64,000 nucleotides of DNA from Patescibacteria group bacterium (GTDB taxonomy: Bacteria; Patescibacteriota; Microgenomatia; UBA10105; UBA927). Shown here in pieces: positions 9,638 to 17,763 of the stretch; position 1 is the stretch's first letter, and each line of letters begins with the position of its first letter. The notes under the pieces are model-generated. The model saw only the letters and a list, made by a program, of their open reading frames with translations, was not told where the DNA came from and searched no databases. The position numbers and the translations under genes are program-made. The stretch is from contig DATKGN010000004.1 of NCBI GenBank assembly GCA_035510735.1, forward strand, positions 307,810-371,809. The letters run 5' to 3'.

Positions 9638-10135
9638 ATGAAGAAACCTGACGAAAAAAAAGTTACTAGTGTGCCGGTAAAACAACTCGATGAGCAGGTG
9701 CAGGAACTTGAACGCGTAAAGTTAGAGCGCGATGATTGGAAGGGAAAGTGCATGCGGGCGCTTGCCGATTATCAAAATCTTGAGCGCCGCGACAGGGAGG
9801 AGAAAGATGAGGTCCGGGTCTATGCGGCGGAGATAATTTTAGGGAGACTGTTGCCGTTTGTCGACACAATCTCACGGGTGGCAAAGCACATTGACGATAT
9901 GGGTCTACGGCTTGCACTTAAAGAACTGGGAGCTATATTACAGGAACAGGGAGTAACACAGATGAATGTAGTTGGAAAATCATTTAATCCGCACGAGATG
10001 GAATGTATAGAGGTCGTTGACGGGGAAGATAATAAGGTGGCAGGAGAGTTATTGCCGGGTTATCTTTTCCGGGGCAAGGTTCTGAGAATTGCGCAGGTAA
10101 AGGTCGGAAAAAAGAATAATCCAAAGAACGCATAA
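9638..10135 (+). CDS. grpE: Nucleotide exchange factor GrpE
   Basis: 165 aa with an N-terminal coiled coil and a C-terminal GrpE beta-domain (LPFVDTISR, LKELGAILQEQGV, FNPHEMECIEVV). Confidence 0.85.
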   Translation: MKKPDEKKVTSVPVKQLDEQVQELERVKLERDDWKGKCMRALADYQNLERRDREEKDEVRVYAAEIILGRLLPFVDTISRVAKHIDDMGLRLALKELGAILQEQGVTQMNVVGKSFNPHEMECIEVVDGEDNKVAGELLPGYLFRGKVLRIAQVKVGKKNNPKNA

Positions 10136-10156
10136 ACAAATAATCCAATAAACGAA

Positions 10157-10233
10157 TCAAAGAATAATTGAATAATATATTCGTTTATTAGCTTATTAGT
10201 TTATTTAAACTAATTCGTTTATTCTATAAAAGG
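10157..10233 (+). promoter_or_regulatory. Inverted repeat (AATAAACGAAT / ATTCGTTTATT, third copy AATTCGTTTATT) in the grpE-dnaK spacer, followed by an AAGGAGGA Shine-Dalgarno
   Basis: Arms at 10157-10166 and 10188-10197 with a further copy at 10222-10233. SD at 10229-10236, 4 nt before the dnaK ATG. Confidence 0.4.
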
Positions 10234-10240
10234 AGGATAT

Positions 10241-12163
10241 ATGGCAAAAATTATCGGTATCGATCTTGGAACTACCAATTCATGTGTGGCCGTCATGGAG
10301 GGCGGCGCGCCGAAAGTGATCTATTCGCTTGAAGGGCGAAACGTTTTTCCGTCGGTCGTTGACCCTATTAAAAACGTGGTCGGCGACGTGGCGAAGCGGC
10401 AGATGGTAATAAACCCCAAGTCCACTATTTATTCCGTGAAGCGTTTGATGGGGCGTAAATTCAGCGATCCGTCCGTACAACTGGATATGAAATTACTTCC
10501 CTATGCGATTAAATCAGGGAAAAATGACATGGCGGTTGTTGAAGTCGAGGGAAAGCAATTTACTCCGCAGGAAATTTCCGCCAAAATATTGGCAAAAATC
10601 AAATCGGATGCCGAGCATTATCTCGGCAGCCCTGTGACGCAAGCCGTTATTACGGTGCCGGCATATTTTGATGACAGCCAGCGTCAGGCGACCAAGCAGG
10701 CCGGTGAAATCGCGGGACTTGAGATCCTTCGTATTATCAATGAGCCGACGGCTGCAGCGCTTGCCTATGGTTTAGATAAGAAAAATGCCCACACGATCGC
10801 AGTCTACGATTTAGGCGGCGGTACGTTTGATATCTCCGTTCTTGAACTCGGTGAGGGCGTCTATGAGGTGAAGTCAACAAACGGGGATACGCATTTGGGC
10901 GGCGACGATTTTGATAAAAAGATTCTTGATTATCTTGCCGACGAATTTAAAAAAGAGCACGGTGTTGATCTCCGGAAAGACCCTCAGGCGCTTCAGCGCC
11001 TTCGGGATGCGGCTGAAAAGGCGAAAATCGAACTTTCAAGCTCGATGGAAGCGGAAATTAACCTTCCGTTTATTACCCAGGGTAAAGAAGGCCCGGTCCA
11101 TCTCGTGACCAAAATTACGCGGGCAAAGCTCGAATCGCTCGTCGGTGACTTGGTTGAGAAAACCATCGAACCGGTTAAAAAATGTCTTGCCGATGCTAAA
11201 TTATCGGTCAAAGATATTGATGAAATCGTCATGGTTGGAGGAATGACCAGGATGCCGAAAGTTGTCGAAACGGTGAAGAAGTTTTTCGGCAAAGATCCGA
11301 ATCAATCGGTTAATCCTGACGAAGTGGTTGCGGTTGGTGCAGCAGTACAGGGTGGCGTGCTTTCCGGTGATGTGAAAGACATCGTCCTTCTTGACGTGAC
11401 GCCATTAACCCTTGGGGTTGAGACATATGGAGCCGTATCGACGCCATTAATTACGCGAAATACGACGATTCCGACCAGTAAAACGGAAATATTTTCAACG
11501 GCTGCCGACAGCCAGACGTCGGTTGAAATCAATGTGCTCCAGGGTGAGCGTGCAATGGCCGCAGATAATAAATCGCTCGGGCGGTTTGTGCTCTCCGGTA
11601 CTCCGCCGGCGCCCCGTGGCGTGCCGCAGATCGAAGTCATGTTTGATATCGACGCGTCAGGAATCTTAAGCGTGTCGGCGAAGGACAAAGCGACCGGCAA
11701 AGTCGCTAATATCAAAATAACGGGCTCGACCGGACTTTCCAAAGATGAGATCGAGAAGATGAAGAAAGAGGCAGAGGCGCATGCCGCTGAGGATACGGAA
11801 AAGAAAGAGAAGGTCGAGTCGAAGAATAAAGCGGAAAACATGATGTACGTCGCCGATAAGACGCTCAAAGACATGGGCGATAAGGTGAAGCCGGAGGATA
11901 AGACAGTCGTTGAAGAGAAGAAAAAAGCGCTCAAAGATATTCTTGAGACGGGTTCCAAAGACGATCTTGAAGCCAAAACCAACGATCTTTCGGAAACGCT
12001 TCAGAAAATCGGAGCAGCTGCGTATCAGCAGGCCAGCGAAGCTGGTCAGGCGCAGGCCGCCGCAGGTGGAGCCGGCACAGCCGGTACACCGCCCGGTGAC
12101 GATACCAAAAAAGACGACAAGAAGGATGATAAGAAGGTTGAAGAAGGGGAAGTCGTTAGCTAA
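10241..12163 (+). CDS. dnaK: Molecular chaperone DnaK (Hsp70)
   Basis: [22 protein letters not shown] and VGGMTRMP motifs. 640 aa. Confidence 0.97.
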   Translation: MAKIIGIDLGTTNSCVAVMEGGAPKVIYSLEGRNVFPSVVDPIKNVVGDVAKRQMVINPKSTIYSVKRLMGRKFSDPSVQLDMKLLPYAIKSGKNDMAVVEVEGKQFTPQEISAKILAKIKSDAEHYLGSPVTQAVITVPAYFDDSQRQATKQAGEIAGLEILRIINEPTAAALAYGLDKKNAHTIAVYDLGGGTFDISVLELGEGVYEVKSTNGDTHLGGDDFDKKILDYLADEFKKEHGVDLRKDPQALQRLRDAAEKAKIELSSSMEAEINLPFITQGKEGPVHLVTKITRAKLESLVGDLVEKTIEPVKKCLADAKLSVKDIDEIVMVGGMTRMPKVVETVKKFFGKDPNQSVNPDEVVAVGAAVQGGVLSGDVKDIVLLDVTPLTLGVETYGAVSTPLITRNTTIPTSKTEIFSTAADSQTSVEINVLQGERAMAADNKSLGRFVLSGTPPAPRGVPQIEVMFDIDASGILSVSAKDKATGKVANIKITGSTGLSKDEIEKMKKEAEAHAAEDTEKKEKVESKNKAENMMYVADKTLKDMGDKVKPEDKTVVEEKKKALKDILETGSKDDLEAKTNDLSETLQKIGAAAYQQASEAGQAQAAAGGAGTAGTPPGDDTKKDDKKDDKKVEEGEVVS

Positions 12164-12194
12164 TAAGAGATTGGTAAATCAAGTTCGTTATTTT

Positions 12195-12218
12195 AAGCCC
12201 AGACGTTCGTCTGGGCTT
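12195..12218 (+). terminator. Hairpin downstream of dnaK (AAGCCCAGACG-TTCG-TCTGGGCTT); weak T-tract
   Basis: Near-perfect 9-10 bp palindrome 30 nt after the dnaK stop. Only a partial U-run follows, so it may be a processing or attenuator structure rather than a full terminator. Confidence 0.4.
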
Positions 12219-12234
12219 TGGCAATATTACAACT

Positions 12235-13152
12235 ATGAATGAAGTTCGTGTAGCAGAAGTTCCAGCTGCAGAAAGACATCTTGATATGCCGATTGAGGTG
12301 TATTTAATGAATGCTGCGACGAACGACGAACGAATAGTTATGGAAAATACATTCGCCTTCTGGCAGCCATTTAAGAATCCTTACACGGATGAGATAAAGG
12401 ATTCAGGATCAACAGTAGGATTGGAGAGTAGGGCCGGAGGTATGTGCGTGCATCTAATGGATGGGTATTTCGTTACCCCGAAACACGTGAGTGACGCGTA
12501 TTCTTTATCGGATGACTCTGAAGTAGAATTCAGAGATAGGATTCCAGATGTGATTTTTGATATTTATGGAACCAAACGGAATATCCAACCAGATTTAATA
12601 TTTTCTAATCCTCGATATGCATTGAGAACATTCGATGATTTCGTGATTTTTAGGGTTGATCCTATTAAATATCCGTGGATACAACAATTACCACGATACC
12701 CTATTATTTCGAATCACAAAGTTGCTGTGGGTCGTTCAATTTGCGTGGGAGTACCTGATCTTATATTTCCGTTGGGGTTTGATGAGAAAGGTGATCCATT
12801 AGTTGTTGATAACGTGGGACGTCAACTGACGGTTCGTTTGAAGGAAAACGACGTACCAATTTGGAAAAGAAAAGTTTCTATTGAAGAAGCACGTCTCCAT
12901 GCTCGAGCAGGAGAGGAGTATCCCTCTTGGTTTTTTGGTGTGCCAATGACAAGAGAAGCAAAAGGATATACAAAAGGACCCTTCATTAATAATGAGATGT
13001 TTATTAGTAAAGGATATAGCGGGGGACCTTTAATTCATAATGGTGTATTGCTTGGGATGGTTGTCGAACCTGATGTTGAATTTGGGAGCGGTGGGGGAGG
13101 ATATGCGGTTGATATTAAATTAGTGTTTAAGACGTTGCGCGGATTGATGTAG
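12235..13152 (+). CDS. Cytoplasmic trypsin-like (S1/chymotrypsin-fold) serine protease-like protein inserted between dnaK and dnaJ
   Basis: GYSGGPLIHNGVLLGMVV matches the GDSGGP catalytic-serine motif. TPKHV is His-box-like. DDFVIFRVD could supply the Asp. No signal peptide. Confidence 0.5.
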   Translation: MNEVRVAEVPAAERHLDMPIEVYLMNAATNDERIVMENTFAFWQPFKNPYTDEIKDSGSTVGLESRAGGMCVHLMDGYFVTPKHVSDAYSLSDDSEVEFRDRIPDVIFDIYGTKRNIQPDLIFSNPRYALRTFDDFVIFRVDPIKYPWIQQLPRYPIISNHKVAVGRSICVGVPDLIFPLGFDEKGDPLVVDNVGRQLTVRLKENDVPIWKRKVSIEEARLHARAGEEYPSWFFGVPMTREAKGYTKGPFINNEMFISKGYSGGPLIHNGVLLGMVVEPDVEFGSGGGGYAVDIKLVFKTLRGLM

Positions 13153-13166
13153 TATATTAATGTATT

Positions 13167-14093
13167 ATGGCAACGAAGAGAGATTTTTACGAGGTATTAG
13201 GAGTCAGTAAATCTGCGTCCGCCGATGAGATCAAGAAGGCGTACCGGAAGCTGGCTTTAGAGTGGCATCCCGACCGGAATAAAGCCGCAAACGCACACGA
13301 AAAATTCAAGGAAATAAACGAAGCCTACGAAGTGTTATCCGATCCCAAAAAGAAACAGACATTTGATCAGTTTGGCGCGAGCGCATTTGAACCCGGGATG
13401 GGCGGAGCGGGCGCGACAGCGGGTCAGGGACCGTTTGGCGGCGGAGGATTTCAGCAAGGGCCGTTTACGTATTATTACCAAACCAATGGCGGGGCCCAGC
13501 AGGGCAATCCGTTTGCAGGAGGCGGCGCCGAGGGATTTGATTTTTCCGATCCGTTTGATATTTTCGAACAATTTTTCGGCGGCGGGTTCGGCAGAGCCCA
13601 GACATCCCGCCGAGCGCATCCGGCATATGAAATCACCATTGATTTTATGGACGCCGTGAAGGGCGTTTCCAAAGAAGTTCACCTCCCAAAGGGCGCTGCA
13701 GGTGAGGGAAGCGTCAAAAAAACCATAAAAATTCCGGCAGGAGTCGACACGGGCTCGCGAATCCGGTTTGATGATTTTGATATTGTTGTTGAAGTCCGGC
13801 CGAGCCAGCAGTATCACCGCGAGGGCAATGACCTTGTCATCGAACAGGCCATCACGTTCACGCAGGCGGCCCTGGGCGCCGTCGTTGACGTGCCGACTAT
13901 TGACGGAACAGTGAAAATCCGCATCCAGCCCGGGACTCAGCCGGGCACATTAATCAGACTTCACGGTAAAGGCGTCCCATCGGTCCGCGGCGCAGACCGC
14001 GGCGACGAATACGTCAAAATCCAGCTTCAAATCCCGACGCACCTCAACCACAGGCAAAAAGAGCTATTGGAAGAGCTTGAGAAGGTATCTTAG
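13167..14093 (+). CDS. dnaJ: DnaJ-family co-chaperone, type II (J domain + G/F region + C-terminal domains; no zinc-finger CxxCxGxG repeats)
   Basis: [34 protein letters not shown] domain, a Gly/Phe-rich region and a CTD. The protein contains no cysteines at all. Confidence 0.9.
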   Translation: MATKRDFYEVLGVSKSASADEIKKAYRKLALEWHPDRNKAANAHEKFKEINEAYEVLSDPKKKQTFDQFGASAFEPGMGGAGATAGQGPFGGGGFQQGPFTYYYQTNGGAQQGNPFAGGGAEGFDFSDPFDIFEQFFGGGFGRAQTSRRAHPAYEITIDFMDAVKGVSKEVHLPKGAAGEGSVKKTIKIPAGVDTGSRIRFDDFDIVVEVRPSQQYHREGNDLVIEQAITFTQAALGAVVDVPTIDGTVKIRIQPGTQPGTLIRLHGKGVPSVRGADRGDEYVKIQLQIPTHLNHRQKELLEELEKVS

Positions 14094-14112
14094 GTGTTAG
14101 GATTGTATATCT

Positions 14113-14925
14113 ATGACTTCTGAAGATTTATTAGTAGAGGCACTTCCCCTTTATAGAATTTTACAATCTACAGAAATAGCTGAGCGGTACTTAACGCCAA
14201 CATTTGCAACACTGCATGAAATGGCGAATGAGGCCTCTTTTCGGAATCGGGAGTATGGATGCCAAGTCAGTAGGATTAGACCACCACAAGAGGATACTTC
14301 ATTCCTTTCGACGTATACTATCGGTGATACCCGTACTGTTTTTGAACCTGAACGTAAGCCTGAATCTGTTGACGGCGTGTTTTTTCATACCCATTTCCGA
14401 CATAATCCTAGTTTGATTGATTCCTTAAAAGGTAAAAAAATGAGATCTTGGTATATGTTACCGAGTGATCTTGGTGTGCCGAGATCAATGAAAGCTCTCG
14501 AAATTTCCTGTGATATGTATGCACAAAAAGGATCAAAACAATTAGGCGGGTATTTTAATATTGTCACACCATTTCACTGGGCACTGCATATTTGGCAGGA
14601 GCATCAGAGTGGAATTTCAGTACCGGATTCGCAGTGGGAAATTGTTGAGGGTACGCAAAAAGGCAGGATATTTACCTGGCAGGAATTACTCAGGGATACG
14701 AAGTCTAAACCGGATAATGTGATGGTTTGGAAGCATAATTGGCCCGGAGGGGTGCAAAATTATTTTTTAGTTAGAAGTTTTTTGTTAGCAGATCAACTGG
14801 AGAGAGAAATCGGATCAGTTAAGGGACTATGTTATGGTGATGGAGTAGTTGTCCTTATGGATCGATTGGGGCTTCAGCATATTCCACACGCACGAAACTT
14901 AAGTGAAATTACAAAACTGTCCTGA
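14113..14925 (+). CDS. Hypothetical protein (inserted cassette gene downstream of dnaJ)
   Basis: 270-aa ORF with no recognisable family. Flanked by the native dnaJ 3' end and a duplicated dnaJ 3'-end fragment. Confidence 0.6.
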   Translation: MTSEDLLVEALPLYRILQSTEIAERYLTPTFATLHEMANEASFRNREYGCQVSRIRPPQEDTSFLSTYTIGDTRTVFEPERKPESVDGVFFHTHFRHNPSLIDSLKGKKMRSWYMLPSDLGVPRSMKALEISCDMYAQKGSKQLGGYFNIVTPFHWALHIWQEHQSGISVPDSQWEIVEGTQKGRIFTWQELLRDTKSKPDNVMVWKHNWPGGVQNYFLVRSFLLADQLEREIGSVKGLCYGDGVVVLMDRLGLQHIPHARNLSEITKLS

Positions 14926-14934
14926 CGGCATTAA

Positions 14935-15012
14935 ATTGTCAAAAGCCAGCTTCAAATTCCGACACACCTCAATCACAGGCAAAAAGAATTACTTGAAGAA
15001 TTAGAGGTCTAA
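14935..15012 (+). repeat. Duplicated dnaJ 3'-end fragment ([25 protein letters not shown]-stop), a diverged copy of 14011-14093
   Basis: In-frame peptide nearly identical to the DnaJ C-terminus ([27 protein letters not shown]). The nucleotide differences are mostly synonymous, and an in-frame stop lies immediately upstream. Confidence 0.8.
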
Positions 15013-15999
15013 AACCCTGCCAATTCCAAGCTCGATGAGGGAGAGTGAATTAAGAAGAGTAGAAACGAATGTCGGATCATAAGAATTGAACGACGGGTCT
15101 GCATAGTATTTACGGCTTAATGCGTATACCTCTTCGATATTTACCACTGATTGCATCAATGAAGTATCAATTGTGCTATATCGGTGTTGGGCTAGTTCGC
15201 GATAGTACCGAAATTGTTGAGATACCCAATCGACGAGTATTTTCCTTTGTTCTTCAAAAGTTGCATGTACATGGTCTACAAAACTGCTCTGGTATTTTTG
15301 TTGTGCTTCAGATTCCCAATGACCCATTTCCCTTATCATGTCTCGTTCTTCTTGCCTGAAAACATCATTTAGTAGATTCGAGACCATAAAACTATAGTTC
15401 GGGTTATCAAGATAGCGGATGAGTTTGTTCGTGCTAATACCATGAAAAGTGAATGGAGCCACGGTGATATCATGTGTTGCGAATATCGGGACGGTATAGT
15501 GAATATGGGGAATAGGGCGTTGTTCCTCTGCTAACTGCATCAGGCGCATGGCTACAATTCCCGACGTAAAAAACTTATCACGACCTTCATCAATTGGAAA
15601 CGTATATTTGAGTGCAAATTCTTTTTTACCGTCGTTAGTGATTAAAAATATTGTGTACACTTTGCTTTCCATCCCTCCCAATGTATTGTTCCCCTGAATA
15701 ACGTGTCCGTCGTATATTTGAGAGAGTATTCCTGGATTGTTGGCTAAGAGATGTACGCCTTCCGGTGAAGCGATAAACGTAGCAGGAACCAAACCTGCAA
15801 GTGTTTGTTCATTGTGTTCTAACGAGGCGATTACAGTGTTTCCCATGAAATCATGAGAAACCATAACGCCGGGTAGTTCGGTGGGTTGCAGCCTGGTATC
15901 CAGGTATCGCTGTATAGCGTCTAGTGGTGGTTTATCAAATCTGGTTATATATTTAAGGCGTTCTGGCGGTCTATCCATAGATGGCGGCGATTGTATCAA
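15001..15999 (-). CDS. Hypothetical protein
   Basis: 332-aa ORF with no recognisable family. Its stop codon lies inside the duplicated dnaJ fragment. Confidence 0.55.
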   Translation of the reverse strand: MIQSPPSMDRPPERLKYITRFDKPPLDAIQRYLDTRLQPTELPGVMVSHDFMGNTVIASLEHNEQTLAGLVPATFIASPEGVHLLANNPGILSQIYDGHVIQGNNTLGGMESKVYTIFLITNDGKKEFALKYTFPIDEGRDKFFTSGIVAMRLMQLAEEQRPIPHIHYTVPIFATHDITVAPFTFHGISTNKLIRYLDNPNYSFMVSNLLNDVFRQEERDMIREMGHWESEAQQKYQSSFVDHVHATFEEQRKILVDWVSQQFRYYRELAQHRYSTIDTSLMQSVVNIEEVYALSRKYYADPSFNSYDPTFVSTLLNSLSLIELGIGRVLDL

Positions 16000-16209
16000 A
16001 CTGTGTATTATTTATCCATAATTTTGCATCGGGGATTGCAAACCAATGGGCAGAGTGACGCATACGAAATTCCCTTCGGGCATATTAAGTTGATTATCCC
16101 CAATATCGAAAAGGCAAGAGATGTACTATTGGGAGGGGAATTTAAAGAAGTAGCAGATAAACTAACGGTACTGTCTAAATTAGTTGAAGATGATATCGTT
16201 TCTAACGAT

Positions 16210-16324
16210 GGAGCGTTGGCAGAGCGGTAATGTCGGAGTTCTCGAGACTCTAGGAGGCTAAAATACATCATAATTAAGTGTGTTAGTAAGTGTTTCGTAG
16301 GTTCAAATCCTACACCCTCCGCCA
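16210..16324 (+). tRNA. tRNA-like gene (type II/Ser-like features) with a ~45-nt AT-rich insert between the anticodon arm and T arm; 3' CCA encoded
   Basis: Acceptor GGAGCGT/ACCCTCC (one mismatch). 3-bp D stem with GAGCGGTAA loop. Anticodon stem GGAGT/ACTCT with 7-nt loop TCTCGAG. Canonical T arm GTAGG-TTCAAAT-CCTAC. Discriminator G then CCA. Total 115 nt, too long for any standard tRNA. Confidence 0.45.
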
Positions 16325-16478
16325 GGACGGACAAAATATAAAACGAGTTATCTGGCAATCCAGAGCATACGAAAAACACATTCGAACTAAAGAATATGTT
16401 TAGCTTGAGAGGAGGCGGGATTTGAATCTAACTATTTATGATGTCAGAAGAAATATTATTTCTCGATTTAATTAAGGG

Positions 16479-17360
16479 TCAATAATTGGTAAACCCAACT
16501 TTTGGATTTTGACACATATCGAAATTAGAAAAGCTTGCTACTCCAATTCCAGAACCACTACCGGTAGCAGTAAGCCGTAAATTACTCAACGCACTTTGGA
16601 TGTTTGTAAATTCGGAAACAAGATGATAATCCACCTCATTGTGCAATTTGTATGAAAGTTTCACATCAGTGCCAATTTTCAGAATTTTGAATCTTAAAGG
16701 AACATTTGTTGGAGTTTTGATATTGGAAATCCCAGTATCGTTTGATTTTCCATTCGAAATATTATAAGCTCTTACTCCACCTAAGTTGTCTCTAAGCAAT
16801 ACAACCCCATTTTTCAGATCTTTATCCCTTAGTACAATTGTTCCAATCATTTGATCGGAAGAACTGTCTGTTTCTACGGGTAATACGTCAATCTCAATTG
16901 ATATGTTTTCAGTATTTAAATTCGTCATCTCTACTGCACGACCACGCCAACTTTTCTGTAAACCCACTTTTTCAATCAACTGTGAATTTGATACATTAAA
17001 ATTGTCGCGGGAATCTAAACTAGTCGGACTTGCTACGATATTCCAATTCTGTGAATTAAGTGTAATACCGGGGAAAGTGTCCTGTAATTCAGTCGAACAA
17101 GGTGCAATCACCGGACTACTTATTGGCGATGGAACGACAGGAGTTGGTGTTGGTTGAACTAAGGAGATTTGTTGTTTCAGTTGCATATTTTGATACGCAA
17201 AGAATCCCGCAGCTCCGAGAACAAGGAGCAGAATAATAATTATACATACCATTAATAGCGGGTTATTTGATTTTACAGGCATTGGCGTAACCGGTTGTAT
17301 TGGAAATGGCTGTGAAGGAGTCGGAGGTATCGGCGTTTGAGGAGGAATAATAGGTTCCAT
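16479..17360 (-). CDS. Proline-rich membrane-anchored protein with extracellular domain (hypothetical)
   Basis: N-terminal P-rich repeats (PIPPTPSQPFPIQPVTP), one TM helix and a ~200-aa exported domain. Confidence 0.55.
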   Translation of the reverse strand: MEPIIPPQTPIPPTPSQPFPIQPVTPMPVKSNNPLLMVCIIIILLLVLGAAGFFAYQNMQLKQQISLVQPTPTPVVPSPISSPVIAPCSTELQDTFPGITLNSQNWNIVASPTSLDSRDNFNVSNSQLIEKVGLQKSWRGRAVEMTNLNTENISIEIDVLPVETDSSSDQMIGTIVLRDKDLKNGVVLLRDNLGGVRAYNISNGKSNDTGISNIKTPTNVPLRFKILKIGTDVKLSYKLHNEVDYHLVSEFTNIQSALSNLRLTATGSGSGIGVASFSNFDMCQNPKVGFTNY

Positions 17361-17547
17361 AAATTTATCATAGCATGATTAAATTTATTAAACGATAAGA
17401 TTTACGCTACAATTCAATTGTCCTTGAGGTAAGATAGTGGTTTTGAAATAGGTTATAACACTGTAAATAGTTCTCCGCACAAATTTTTTTGTTCACCCGT
17501 ATATCTGTGATATTATATGTGTGTTTACTAACACACTTAACATAACA

Positions 17548-17568
17548 AGCCCTTTCGTGGGGCTTTTT
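17548..17568 (+). terminator. Rho-independent terminator-like hairpin (AGCCC-TTTCGTG-GGGCT + TTTT)
   Basis: 5-bp GC-rich stem plus U-tract, downstream of a possible weak promoter (TTGTTC ... TATTAT) at ~17490-17515. Confidence 0.45.
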
Positions 17569-17587
17569 ATGTGGCCGGCCGAGGAGA

Positions 17588-17616
17588 TTGACGGGTGATG
17601 TGTAAGTGAGTATAAT
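17588..17616 (+). promoter_or_regulatory. Consensus sigma-70 promoter TTGACG-N17-TATAAT
   Basis: TTGACG 17588-17593, 17-nt spacer, TATAAT 17611-17616. Transcript would start ~17623, i.e. ~140 nt upstream of the nusA ATG. Confidence 0.65.
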
Positions 17617-17640
17617 ACGGCTAAGATTTGTTCTCGATGA

Positions 17641-17666
17641 GGTGGGATGTTCCCACCTTTTTTATT
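17641..17666 (+). terminator. Strong intrinsic terminator/attenuator hairpin GGTGGGA-TGT-TCCCACC followed by TTTTTTATT
   Basis: Perfect 7-bp stem plus 6 U, located ~20 nt after the predicted transcription start and 100 nt before nusA. Confidence 0.6.
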
Positions 17667-17683
17667 AAAAAGTTAATTTTAGT

Positions 17684-17751
17684 ATCCTGTTTTTTAGGAA
17701 AAACAGGATGAAGAGACCACTAGTCTATTTTGTTAGGAAACAAAATAGACT
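17684..17751 (+). promoter_or_regulatory. Twin perfect palindromes (11-bp and 13-bp stems, loops TAGG / AGGA) immediately upstream of nusA
   Basis: ATCCTGTTTTT-TAGG-AAAAACAGGAT (17684-17709) and AGTCTATTTTGTT-AGGA-AACAAAATAGACT (17722-17751). The two share sequence similarity. Confidence 0.5.
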
Positions 17752-17763
17752 GTGGATACTAAC

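Noticed and set aside
11302-11982. 226-aa minus-strand ORF inside dnaK (also 10993-11292 and 11910-12242)
   Set aside because: Antisense or alternate-frame reading through the highly conserved dnaK coding sequence. Low-complexity Ser/Ala-rich translation. No independent support.
14113-14925. Possible JAMM/MPN-like metal motif (HTHFRHNPSLIDS) in the dnaJ-adjacent cassette protein
   Set aside because: Spacing is H-x-H-x5-S-x2-D rather than the canonical x7, and no appropriately placed upstream Glu was found. Too weak to annotate without profile searches.
16253-16324. Alternative shorter tRNA starting at GGAGGCT (16253)
   Set aside because: It would give a normal-length molecule with an acceptable acceptor stem, but the following sequence has no D-arm (no GG in a D-loop, no pairing). 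The 16210 start, which has a proper D arm and anticodon arm, is preferred.
17735-17738. AGGA in the loop of the second nusA-leader palindrome as a sequestered Shine-Dalgarno
   Set aside because: It lies ~25 nt from the nusA ATG, too far for a functional SD.
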